A stretch of 64,000 nt of DNA from Pyrinomonadaceae bacterium (lineage in GTDB: Bacteria; Acidobacteriota; Blastocatellia; Pyrinomonadales; Pyrinomonadaceae), in assembly GCA_036263975.1 (NCBI GenBank), contig DATARW010000039.1, positions 30,669 through 94,668 on the forward strand, written 5' to 3'. Under the pieces are notes generated by a model that did not search any database, was not told the DNA's origin, and was given only the letters and a program-made list of their open reading frames with translations. A program made the translations under genes and the position numbers. Position 1 is the stretch's first letter, and each line of letters starts with the position of its first letter. Below are positions 8,075-16,595 of the stretch, one piece after another.

Positions 8075-10756
8075 GTGACCAGCGAGGAAGACAGGCTGCG
8101 GGAGTCGCGCCAGCGCACGGCGCACTGGAATCGCTGGGGGCCGTACCTCGCAGAGCGCGCGTGGGGGACGGTGCGCGAGGACTACTCTGCCGAAGGCGAC
8201 GCGTGGGACTACTTCCCGCACGACCACGCGCGCTCGCGCGCCTACCGCTGGAACGAGGACGGACTGGCGGGCATCTGCGACCGACACCAGCAAATCTGTT
8301 TCGCGCTCGCCGTGTGGAACGGGCGCGATTCGATACTCAAGGAGAGACTCTTCGGGCTGACGGGCAAAGAAGGCAACCACGGCGAGGACGTGAAGGAGTA
8401 TTACTTCTACCTCGACTCGACGCCGACGCACTCCTACATGAAGTACCTCTACAAGTACCCGCAAAGCGAGTTCCCTTACGCGCGGCTTTTGGAGGAGAAT
8501 CGTCGGCGCGGCAAGCTCGACCCGGAGTTCGAGCTTCTGGACACGGGCGTCTTTGAAGAGGATCGCTACTTCGACGTGACGGTCGAGTACGCGAAGGCCG
8601 ACCCGGAGGACATACTAGTTAAGATCAGCGTCGCCAACCGCGGCCCCGAAGCGGCGACCGTTCACCTCCTGCCGCACCTCTGGTTCCGCAACACGTGGTC
8701 TTGGAGCGGCGACACCGTGCGCCCGCAGTTGCGCCGCGTCGAAGGGCTGAGGACGAAGGGGCGCGGCGCGGGGTCTGCGCCCGCGAGCGCGTCGGTCGTC
8801 GAGGTCGCACACGACGTTTACGGCGAACGCTACCTCTACTGCGAAGGCGAGCCGGAGTTGCTCTTCACCGAGAACGACACGAATACTCAAAGACTTTACG
8901 GCGCGGCTAACGGCGGTCACGTCAAGGACGGCATCAACGACTACGTCGTCAACGGCGAGCGGGGCGCGGTGAATCCCGCGCAGGCGGGGACGAAGGCCGC
9001 GGCGCGCTACGTGCTGACCCTCGCGCCCGGCGGCGAGGCGGTCGTGCGCCTGCGCTTCGCCGAGGAGCCGCCGTCGAGCGTTGACGTGTCCTTCGGTGAA
9101 GACTTCGAGCGCACGTTCGAGGCGCGGCGTCTTGAGGCTGACGAGTTCTACGAGACGGTCATCCCTCGGCACCTGAGCGAAGACGCGAAGGGAGTCATGC
9201 GGCAGTCGCTGGCGGGCCTGCTCTGGTCGAAGCAGTTCTACCACTACGTCGTCAAGCAGTGGCTCGACGGCGACCCGGCGATGCCGCCGCCGCCGCCCGA
9301 ACGAAGACGCGGGCGCAACTGCGAATGGAAGCACCTCTACAACTCGGACGTGATCTCGATGCCGGACAAGTGGGAGTATCCCTGGTACGCCGCCTGGGAC
9401 TTGGCCTTCCACTGCGTCGCGCTCTCCATCGTGGACCCGGACTTCGCCAAAGAGCAGTTGATCCTGTTGCTGCGCGAGTGGTACATGCACCCGAACGGGC
9501 AGCTCCCGGCCTACGAGTGGAACTTCTCGGACGTGAACCCGCCCGTCCACGCGTGGGCGGCGCTGAGGGTTTACCGAATCGAGAGGAAGCGCAGGGGCGG
9601 CGCGGGCGACCGCGCGTTTTTGGAGCGCGTCTTCCACAAGCTGATGCTGAACTTCACGTGGTGGGTCAACCGCAAGGACGCCGAGGGCAACAACATCTTC
9701 GAGGGCGGGTTCCTCGGACTAGACAACATCGGCGTCTTCGACCGCAACAAGCCGCTCCCGAACGGAGGCCATCTGGAACAGTCGGACGGCACGAGCTGGA
9801 TGGCGATGTATACTTTGAACCTGCTCGCCATTGCGATGGAACTCGCCAGAGAAGACCCGACCTACGAGGATGTGGCCTCGAAATTCTGGGAGCACTTCAT
9901 CTACATCGCCGACGCGATGAACAACGTCGGCCCCGACAACTACTCGCTCTGGGACGACGAAGACGGCTTCTACTACGACGTGCTGCACGCGCAGGACGGC
10001 ACGCACCTCCCCATCCGCGTGCGCTCGATGGTCGGGCTGATCCCTCTGTTCGCCGTCGAGATTCTCGACTCTGATGTCGTTGACCGGCTGCCCGGCTTCA
10101 AGAAGCGCATGGAGTGGTTCATCGAGAACCGGCCCGACCTGACGCGCAACGTCGCCTCCATGCACGTGCTCGGCATGGGCGAGCGTCGTCTCTTCGCCGT
10201 CGCCGATCAGGAGAAGCTGACGCGCGTGCTCCGCTTCATGCTCGACGAGCGCGAGTTCCTCTCGCCCTACGGCGTGCGCGCGCTCTCGCGCTACCACCTT
10301 GAGCACCCCTACGTGTTGAATCTCGGCGGCGAGGAGAACCGCGTTGACTACGAGCCGGCGGAGTCAACGACGGGAATGTTCGGCGGCAACTCCAACTGGC
10401 GCGGCCCCGTCTGGTTCCCCGCCAACTACCTCATCATCGAGTCGCTGCAAAAGTTCCACTACTACTTCGGCGACGACTTCCGCGTCGAGTGCCCCACGGG
10501 GTCGGGCCGGATGTTGACTCTGTGGGAGGTGGCGGCGGAGTTGTCGCGCCGTCTGTCGCGCATCTTCCTGCGCGACGAAGGGGGGCGCAGGCCCGTCTTC
10601 GGCGGGGCGGAAAAGTTCCAGACGGACGAGCACTGGCGCGACCACCTTCTCTTCTACGAATACTTCCACGGCGACGAAGGCGCGGGCCTCGGCGCGTCGC
10701 ACCAGACGGGATGGACGGGTCTCGTCGCCAAGCTGCTCCAGCAGAGCGGGGAATGA
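8075..10756 (+). CDS. GH63-like (MGH1-like) glucosidase
   Basis: 893-aa ORF. GTG start with AAGGAG 8 nt upstream. The N-terminal [39 protein letters not shown] and the (alpha/alpha)6-type C-terminal half resemble GH63-family glucosidases. Confidence 0.75.
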   Translation: MTSEEDRLRESRQRTAHWNRWGPYLAERAWGTVREDYSAEGDAWDYFPHDHARSRAYRWNEDGLAGICDRHQQICFALAVWNGRDSILKERLFGLTGKEGNHGEDVKEYYFYLDSTPTHSYMKYLYKYPQSEFPYARLLEENRRRGKLDPEFELLDTGVFEEDRYFDVTVEYAKADPEDILVKISVANRGPEAATVHLLPHLWFRNTWSWSGDTVRPQLRRVEGLRTKGRGAGSAPASASVVEVAHDVYGERYLYCEGEPELLFTENDTNTQRLYGAANGGHVKDGINDYVVNGERGAVNPAQAGTKAAARYVLTLAPGGEAVVRLRFAEEPPSSVDVSFGEDFERTFEARRLEADEFYETVIPRHLSEDAKGVMRQSLAGLLWSKQFYHYVVKQWLDGDPAMPPPPPERRRGRNCEWKHLYNSDVISMPDKWEYPWYAAWDLAFHCVALSIVDPDFAKEQLILLLREWYMHPNGQLPAYEWNFSDVNPPVHAWAALRVYRIERKRRGGAGDRAFLERVFHKLMLNFTWWVNRKDAEGNNIFEGGFLGLDNIGVFDRNKPLPNGGHLEQSDGTSWMAMYTLNLLAIAMELAREDPTYEDVASKFWEHFIYIADAMNNVGPDNYSLWDDEDGFYYDVLHAQDGTHLPIRVRSMVGLIPLFAVEILDSDVVDRLPGFKKRMEWFIENRPDLTRNVASMHVLGMGERRLFAVADQEKLTRVLRFMLDEREFLSPYGVRALSRYHLEHPYVLNLGGEENRVDYEPAESTTGMFGGNSNWRGPVWFPANYLIIESLQKFHYYFGDDFRVECPTGSGRMLTLWEVAAELSRRLSRIFLRDEGGRRPVFGGAEKFQTDEHWRDHLLFYEYFHGDEGAGLGASHQTGWTGLVAKLLQQSGE

Positions 10757-10759
10757 AAA

Positions 10760-10838
10760 GTGGGTGTTGGGTGTTGGGTGCTGGTGAAACCGGCGCACCG
10801 AGCTTAACACCCAACACCAACACCTAACACCCAGCACC
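10760..10838. repeat. Periodic palindrome, 7-nt words GGGTGTT/GGGTGCT versus CACCCAA/CACCTAA
   Basis: GTGGGTGTTGGGTGTTGGGTGCTGGTG (10760-10786) pairs, with bulges, to CACCCAACACCAACACCTAACACCCAGCACC (10808-10838). Confidence 0.8.
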
Positions 10839-10859
10839 TAACATCCATCGGAGGGATTT

Positions 10860-11963
10860 ATGAAAGCAATCGCAGTCACACCGGGGAAGCCAAACAGCAT
10901 GCACCTCGTCGAGATGCGGACGCCGGAAGTTGCGGACGTTTCCGGCGGACGCGGCGTGCTCGTCAAGGTGCTGAGGGTGGGAGTTGACGGAACCGATAAG
11001 GAGATCAACGCGGCACAGTACGGGCAAGCGCCGCCGGGCTTCGACTTCCTCGTCACAGGCCACGAGAGCTTCGGACAGGTCGAGGCAGTTGGGCCTGCGG
11101 TGACGGAAGTTAAGCCGGGCGACTACGTTGTCGCCACCGTCCGTCGTCCGGGCAAGAGCATCTACGACCTCATCGGCACGAGCGACATGACGACCGACTC
11201 CGTTTACTACGAGCGCGGCATCAATCTCCTGCACGGCTACCTCGCCGAGTTCTACGTGGACTACGCCGAGTTCATCGTCAAGATGCCGCAGGGCTTGAAA
11301 GAGGTGGGCGTGCTTTTGGAGCCGCTGACGGTCGTCGAGAAGGGCATCACGCAAGCCTTCGAGATTCAACGCCGTCTGCGCGTGTGGAAGCCGAAGCGCG
11401 CGGCGGTGATGGGCGCGGGCACGATTGGGCTGCTCGCCACGCTCGTCCTTACCTTGCGCGGGCTGGAAGTCATCACCTTCGGGAAGATACCGAAGCCGTA
11501 TCTCAACTCGGATTTGATCGAGGCGCTCGGCGCGACCTACTTGACGAGCGACGAGCTGCCCGTCGCCGAGTCGCCTAAAAAATATGCAGGCGGCTTCGAT
11601 CTCATCTTCGAGGCCACAGGCTACTCGCCCATCGCCTTCGACTCGATGCAGGCGCTCGCCAAAAACGGCGTGCTCGTCCTTTCGAGCGTCACGGGCGGCG
11701 ACCGGCGCATCGAGGTTCCGGCGGACAAGATCAATCTGGAGTTCGTCCTCGGCAACAAGGTGATGGTCGGGACGGTCAACGCCAACCGCGAATATTTCGA
11801 GGCGGGCGTGCGGGATATGTCGCAGGCCGAGCTGGAATACCCCGGCTGGCTCGCGCGTCTGTTGACCCACCCGGTCAGAGGACTTGAGAACTACCGGGAA
11901 CTGCTCGACAAGCTGACGAACGCGAAAGACGCCATCAAGGTCTTCTGCCAGGTGGCGGAGTGA
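10860..11963 (+). CDS. Zn-dependent MDR-family dehydrogenase, archaeal-type glucose 1-dehydrogenase-like
   Basis: MKAIAV...[18 protein letters not shown]...[16 protein letters not shown] and GAGTIGLL Rossmann motif. GGAGGG RBS. Confidence 0.8.
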   Translation: MKAIAVTPGKPNSMHLVEMRTPEVADVSGGRGVLVKVLRVGVDGTDKEINAAQYGQAPPGFDFLVTGHESFGQVEAVGPAVTEVKPGDYVVATVRRPGKSIYDLIGTSDMTTDSVYYERGINLLHGYLAEFYVDYAEFIVKMPQGLKEVGVLLEPLTVVEKGITQAFEIQRRLRVWKPKRAAVMGAGTIGLLATLVLTLRGLEVITFGKIPKPYLNSDLIEALGATYLTSDELPVAESPKKYAGGFDLIFEATGYSPIAFDSMQALAKNGVLVLSSVTGGDRRIEVPADKINLEFVLGNKVMVGTVNANREYFEAGVRDMSQAELEYPGWLARLLTHPVRGLENYRELLDKLTNAKDAIKVFCQVAE

Positions 11964-11974
11964 AAGCAAGGCAA

Positions 11975-12071
11975 AAGTAAAAAGGCAAAAGAAGGGTTTC
12001 GGGTGCTGGGCGCTGGTGATTTTCAACAAGCCAGAACTCAGAACCTAACACCCTTCGCTGCCTTTTTACTT
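11975..12071. repeat. Palindrome AAGTAAAAAGGCA..GAAGGGT / ACCCTTC..TGCCTTTTTACTT with an inner GGGTGCTGGGCGCTGGTGA word
   Basis: Outer arms 11975-11997 and 12050-12071 are complementary. The inner part shares GGGTGCTGG with the 10760-10838 element. Confidence 0.8.
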
Positions 12072-12087
12072 TTGACTTCTTCGGCGC

Positions 12088-12399
12088 TTGCGAAATCGTG
12101 CGGGAAGCGGTAGAAATTCAGTAAACCGACAAGCAGGGACTACAGCCGTGGAGTTTTACGCAGCCCTCATACTCGCCTTGACGCTGGCCGCCGCCGCGGG
12201 CGTGCTCTACTTCTACTCGATGTTTCTCGAAGCCCGCGGGCGACAGATGAAAAAACACATCGCGGAGCTTGAGCGCGCGAACGCCGAGTTGCTCGAAGAG
12301 CTGCGGCAGGCGAAGACACTTCTGAAGCGCGAGCTTGAGCGCAGCCGCGAACTCTGGCCCGAAGTGCTCGACGAGAGCGGCGACCTCTCGCGCAACTGA
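12088..12399 (+). CDS. Small membrane-anchored coiled-coil protein (hypothetical; start uncertain)
   Basis: One hydrophobic helix (AALILALTLAAAAGVLYFY) followed by heptad-like ELERANAELLEELRQAKTLLKRELE. The 12088 start is TTG; GTG 12148 is an alternative. Confidence 0.45.
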   Translation: MRNRAGSGRNSVNRQAGTTAVEFYAALILALTLAAAAGVLYFYSMFLEARGRQMKKHIAELERANAELLEELRQAKTLLKRELERSRELWPEVLDESGDLSRN

Positions 12400-12403
12400 C
12401 GCG

Positions 12404-12457
12404 CCGACGTTATCAACGCCGCCCGCGTTATCAACACTGTCCGTGTTATCAACACGG
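12404..12457. repeat. 3 x 18-bp tandem repeat carrying GTTATCAAC
   Basis: GTTATCAAC at 12409, 12427 and 12445. The last unit forms the hairpin CCGTGTT-ATC-AACACGG. It lies between convergent genes. Confidence 0.8.
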
Positions 12458-12497
12458 TCGGACGACGACAGGTTCGCCGTACCCGCCTCTCAAAACC

Positions 12498-14654
12498 CTA
12501 TTCGATTTTTCCCTGCAACTTGATCTCGTGCGTCGTGCCCGCCTCGCCCGTGACTTCGACGGGCGCGCGCCAGGTGAGCGTCTTGATGCGGCACGTGCCC
12601 GTGTTGTCCTCGCGGCAGTAGTAGAGCGTGAGTTGGACGCGAAGGGTCGCCGCACCCGGCGCGAGCGCGCGCAGGGGCAGGCTGAGCGGCAGGCGCAAAT
12701 CTTTCGCCGTCCTGCCGAGCGACGGCGCGTCGGCTGCCGCGCCGTCGCCGAGCGCGAGACGCTCTGCGCCGCCCTCGACGGAGACTTTGTAGTGCTGCGG
12801 CGCGGACGGGTTGAGGTGATAACCGGCGGGCAGCGCGACATCAACGACGAGCATGGCGTCGCCCGAAGCGGCGATGCGCTGCGGCGCGGCCTTGAACTCT
12901 TCGGCGTTCGGCCCTGCCGATTCCGGCTCGCCCGACGCGTTCGTGCTCGCCGTCGCGGGCTGCGCGGGCGGTTGCAGGCCGCGTATGACGAGCGTGGTGG
13001 TCTGCTTCGACGCGAGGTCAACGACGCGGACGGCGTGGTTGTTCGTGTCGGCGACGTAGAGATGCCCGCGGGCGACGGCAAGGCCGCCCGGCTCGTAGAA
13101 GGAGGCTCCTGCGCCGTCCGTCTGGCCGGGCTTGCCCGTCCCGGCGAAGGTCTTGACGGTGCGGGCGCGCGGGTCGAGCACCTTGATCTTGTGGTTGTAG
13201 GTGTCGGCGATGAAGAGTCGCCCGTCGCTGAGCGCCAGGCCGAGCGGGTGTTGCAGGCGCACGTCGTCGCCCTCGCCGTCGCGGTCGCCGAAGTCGAAGA
13301 GGTCGCCGCCCGCGAGCGTCTGCACCTCTCCGGCGGAGACGGATGATGAGAGCGACGCCGCTCGCAACTCCGCCTCGTTCATCTTCGAGTCGCCGCGCGC
13401 CGCGTTCGTCTTCGAGTCGTCGCGCGAGAGCGCGCCCGCCAGCGAGACGGCGCGGATTGTGTTCGACTCGGCGTCTGAGACGTAGAGCGTCTTGCCGTCC
13501 GAGGCCAGACCCGAAGGCTGCGCGAACCCGGCTTCGTCGCGCGGGCCATCGGCGCGCGCCTCACGGCCCGTCCCGGCGAAGACTGAAAGCTGCTGCGTGT
13601 CGAGGTCGAGCCTCCAAATCTGGTGCGGCCCGGCCATCGCGATGTAGAGAGCGCGCCCCACGCAAGCCAAGTCCCACGGCGAGCTGATCGGCGTCGAGCG
13701 CGCGGGGCCGCCGCGCACGCCCATGTCGAGGAGCTGCGCGCCCGTGCCCGCGATGGTCTGCACGTTGCGCGCCTTCAGGTCAACGCGGCGGATGAGATGA
13801 TTCTCCGTGTCGGCGACGTAAAGCGTGTCGCCGTCGAGCGCCAACCCTTGCGGGCGGTTGAACGTTGCGGCGTCGAACGCGCCGTCTCGCGCGCCGTGCT
13901 CGCCCGTGCCGATGGTGTCGAGGAGCGTGCCGTCGAGCCGCGTGACGACGACGCGGTTGTGGTTCGAGTCGGCGATGAAGAGGCGTTCGCTTTTTTCATC
14001 AGCCAGAATTTTTCCGGGGAAGGCGAGCGGCAGGTCGCCCGTCTTCGCGCGCTCCAACGCGAGCTTTAAAGGCTGCTCGTTGAGCGTGCCGCGCTTGCGT
14101 GCGTCCTCGACCAGCTCGCCGATGGCTTTGTCGAGCGCATCGTAGTGGCCTTCGCCCGCGGCCTCGCCGACGACGTAGCCGTCCGTGTCAATCAGCGCGA
14201 GCGTCGGCCACGCGTTGACGGCGTAGGCGTGCCAGATGCGGAAGTCGGCGTCGTTGACGACGGGGTGTTCGATCCCGTAGCGGAGGATGATGTGTCGTAT
14301 GTTTTCGGTCTCCTTCTCGTTCTCGAACTTCGCGGAGTGGACGCCGATGACGACAAGCTGCTTCGAGTATTTCTCTTCGAGCCGCTTGAGGTCTGGGATG
14401 ATGTGCATGCAGTTGACGCAGCCGTAAGTCCAGAAGTCGAGGAGCACCACCTTGCCGCGCAAGCCCGCAATCGAGAGCGGCTTGTCGGTGTTCAGCCAGC
14501 CGCGCCCGCCCTCCAGTTCCGGCGCGCGCACACGCCCCCGCAGCCGCGCTTGCAACACGTCGTCACCGCCTTTCTCTTGATCGTCCTGCGCCCGCGCGCC
14601 CGCCGACAGCGACAGGCAAACGCAGAACGCCAGCAGCAATACTCTCTTCGACAT
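12498..14654 (-). CDS. Secreted thioredoxin-like + NHL-repeat protein (NHLRC2-like)
   Basis: Signal peptide MSKRVLLLAFCVCLSLSAGARA. Redoxin motif FWTYGCVNCMH. Repeated NHL-type units (LYVADTxNHxIR). ATG 14654 with GGAGG upstream. Confidence 0.85.
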   Translation of the reverse strand: MSKRVLLLAFCVCLSLSAGARAQDDQEKGGDDVLQARLRGRVRAPELEGGRGWLNTDKPLSIAGLRGKVVLLDFWTYGCVNCMHIIPDLKRLEEKYSKQLVVIGVHSAKFENEKETENIRHIILRYGIEHPVVNDADFRIWHAYAVNAWPTLALIDTDGYVVGEAAGEGHYDALDKAIGELVEDARKRGTLNEQPLKLALERAKTGDLPLAFPGKILADEKSERLFIADSNHNRVVVTRLDGTLLDTIGTGEHGARDGAFDAATFNRPQGLALDGDTLYVADTENHLIRRVDLKARNVQTIAGTGAQLLDMGVRGGPARSTPISSPWDLACVGRALYIAMAGPHQIWRLDLDTQQLSVFAGTGREARADGPRDEAGFAQPSGLASDGKTLYVSDAESNTIRAVSLAGALSRDDSKTNAARGDSKMNEAELRAASLSSSVSAGEVQTLAGGDLFDFGDRDGEGDDVRLQHPLGLALSDGRLFIADTYNHKIKVLDPRARTVKTFAGTGKPGQTDGAGASFYEPGGLAVARGHLYVADTNNHAVRVVDLASKQTTTLVIRGLQPPAQPATASTNASGEPESAGPNAEEFKAAPQRIAASGDAMLVVDVALPAGYHLNPSAPQHYKVSVEGGAERLALGDGAAADAPSLGRTAKDLRLPLSLPLRALAPGAATLRVQLTLYYCREDNTGTCRIKTLTWRAPVEVTGEAGTTHEIKLQGKIE

Positions 14655-14713
14655 CGTTCGGCCTCCGGGCGGGCAAAGCCCCCGCCCCGGCTTCATCGCG
14701 TCAGCACCGGCGT

Positions 14714-15070
14714 TTATTCCCGGCTCGCCTCCGCGTTATGTTCTTCGAGGAGTTGGTCTAACCTCTCGACCGCGCGGCGCAGGTGCGGGATCGTAATCGA
14801 GCCGCCGACCACGAGCGCCACGTTGAAGGCGTCCAGGAATTCCTCGCGCGTCACGCCCACCGAGACGCACTGCTTGACGTGGTACGTGATGCAGTCGTCG
14901 CAGCGCAGCACGGTCGAGGCGGCGAGTCCCATCAGCTCCTTCGTCTTCTTGTCGAGCGCGCCCTGCTCGTAGGCTTGCGTGTCGAGCGCGAAGAAGCGCT
15001 TGATGCCGAGATGACCCGCCCCCAGCAGGCGCTCGTTCATCTCCGCGCGGTAGCGGTCGAATTCGTCCAT
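14714..15070 (-). CDS. Carboxymuconolactone decarboxylase / AhpD-like family protein
   Basis: LAASTVLRCDDCITYHVKQC (CxxC-type AhpD motif). ATG 15070 preceded by GGGAGGG. Confidence 0.85.
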   Translation of the reverse strand: MDEFDRYRAEMNERLLGAGHLGIKRFFALDTQAYEQGALDKKTKELMGLAASTVLRCDDCITYHVKQCVSVGVTREEFLDAFNVALVVGGSITIPHLRRAVERLDQLLEEHNAEASRE

Positions 15071-15186
15071 CGTCCTCGCCCTCCCTTTTAAGATGCTCCG
15101 CGCCGCGACGACGCCCGCGCGGAATTTACGTGTCGTCACGCCCTTCCGGTTTGCAGACAGTTTAGCAGAACGGGGAGCAGCCAGTA

Positions 15187-15270
15187 CCGCGAGCGGGCTG
15201 CGAGCGGGTTGCGGCTTCAGAGGCGCGGACTTCGCCTCGGAGCGTAAACCCGCTCGCAGCCCGCTCGCGG
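15187..15270. repeat. Palindrome with perfect 24-bp arms (11-nt words GCGAGCGGGCT/GCGAGCGGGTT) in a divergent intergenic region
   Basis: CCGCGAGCGGGCTGCGAGCGGGTT (15187-15210) is the exact reverse complement of 15247-15270. Confidence 0.85.
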
Positions 15271-15353
15271 CTCTGTTCTCTAACCGCCTTGCCTTCCGCT
15301 TCCACGCGTGCTAGAAACCAAACGCTCTCACGCGCAAACTCCCCCGTCAGAAG

Positions 15354-15956
15354 ATGAGCGAACACGAAAACACAGGGACGGACAGACGGGCAGCACAAGC
15401 TTCGCCGCCCGCGCCAGACGAGACGCGCGAGCTTCTGCTGATGCGCGCGGGCGTGCACGTCTTCGCCGTCTGCGCCGACGAGACGGACGGACACGCGCAA
15501 CAGTGCCCGAAGCCTACGCCTTTGCCGCACGCGCCGCGCGCCGTCCTGGGTGTCGTCTGCGTGCGCGGGCGCATGCGGACGGTGCTCGACCCGCTCGCGC
15601 TCGTCAACTCTCAAGACGAACGCGATGCCGCCGCAGGCGACGACGAGACGCAACTCGAAGAAGAGACGCAGCCCGGCAACGAGACGCAGCGCCGGGAAGA
15701 GGCGCGGCCAGACGAAGAGAGGCAAGCTCTCTTCGTCACGCTGCGCGGCGACGAACAACTCGCGCTCGCCGTCGAGCGCGTCGAGGGAATCATCCGCGTC
15801 CCCGTCGAAGCCCTCGCGCCGTCGCGTCCGCCGCCGCGCCCCTTGCGCGCCACGCTCGAACACGAAGGCACGCGCGTCTTCGTCCTCGCCCCCTCGCAAC
15901 TCTTCGACGCCGCCATGCAGGGGACGGAGCGCAGGAGACAGAGACAGGGGCAGTAA
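15354..15956 (+). CDS. CheW-like domain protein with an acidic insertion
   Basis: LLLMRAGVHVFAV...PTPLPHAPRAVLGVVCVRGRMRTVLDPLAL and ...LALAVERVEGIIRVP follow the CheW-domain pattern. No other che genes are in the window. Confidence 0.65.
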   Translation: MSEHENTGTDRRAAQASPPAPDETRELLLMRAGVHVFAVCADETDGHAQQCPKPTPLPHAPRAVLGVVCVRGRMRTVLDPLALVNSQDERDAAAGDDETQLEEETQPGNETQRREEARPDEERQALFVTLRGDEQLALAVERVEGIIRVPVEALAPSRPPPRPLRATLEHEGTRVFVLAPSQLFDAAMQGTERRRQRQGQ

Positions 15957-15963
15957 CTGAAGC

Positions 15964-16524
15964 ATGTCCGCTTACTGTGAGTTCGCCGTCGGCGACCCTT
16001 TGCACAAGCCTTATCACGACCGCGAGTACGGTTTCCCGCTCGCGGACGACTCCGCTCTCTTCGAGAGACTCGTGCTTGAAATAAATCAGGCGGGACTGTC
16101 CTGGGCGACGATTTTGAGGAAGCGCGCTGCGCTACGCTCGGCCTACGAAGGCTTCGACGTTGATCGGGTCGCCGCCTACGGCGAAGCGGACAGGCAGCGG
16201 CTCCTCCTCGACGCCCGAATCATACGCAACCGCCTGAAGGTCAACGCCGCGATTGAGAACGCGCGCCGCCTCGTCGGGCTGCGCGCGGAGTTCGGCTCGT
16301 TCCGAGGGTGGCTCGACCGGCATCATCCGCGTTCTAAGGAAAGCTGGGTGAAGCTGTTCAAGGCGACCTTCCTCTTCACCGGCGGCGAGATCGTCAACGA
16401 ATTTCTGTTGAGCACAGGGTATCTGCCGGGCGCGCACGTGCCGGGCTGCCCCGTGTACGCTCAGGTCGTCGCTTCCGAGCCGCCCTGGTTAACGTCGGGG
16501 CCGGGCGAAGAGTCCGACGGTTGA
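15964..16524 (+). CDS. tag: DNA-3-methyladenine glycosylase I
   Basis: YHDREYGFP..DSALFERLVLEINQAGLSWATILRKR...IRNRLKVNAAIENA are canonical Tag motifs. Confidence 0.9.
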   Translation: MSAYCEFAVGDPLHKPYHDREYGFPLADDSALFERLVLEINQAGLSWATILRKRAALRSAYEGFDVDRVAAYGEADRQRLLLDARIIRNRLKVNAAIENARRLVGLRAEFGSFRGWLDRHHPRSKESWVKLFKATFLFTGGEIVNEFLLSTGYLPGAHVPGCPVYAQVVASEPPWLTSGPGEESDG

Positions 16525-16595
16525 GCCGAACAGTTGAGCCGGACGCGCAAGCCTTTGTCTTACCACCGCCCAACATTTACTATTAGCCATCGCCT

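Noticed and set aside
10824-12029. 401-aa minus-strand ORF opposite the glucose dehydrogenase gene. The same applies to 18567-19970 (-), 34350-36425 (+), 43322-44998 (+), 45722-46540 (-), 8615-9637 (-) and 36810-37835 (-).
   Set aside because: All are antisense to recognisable genes, lack RBSs, and have Arg/Ala-dominated composition. They are GC-driven open frames, not genes.
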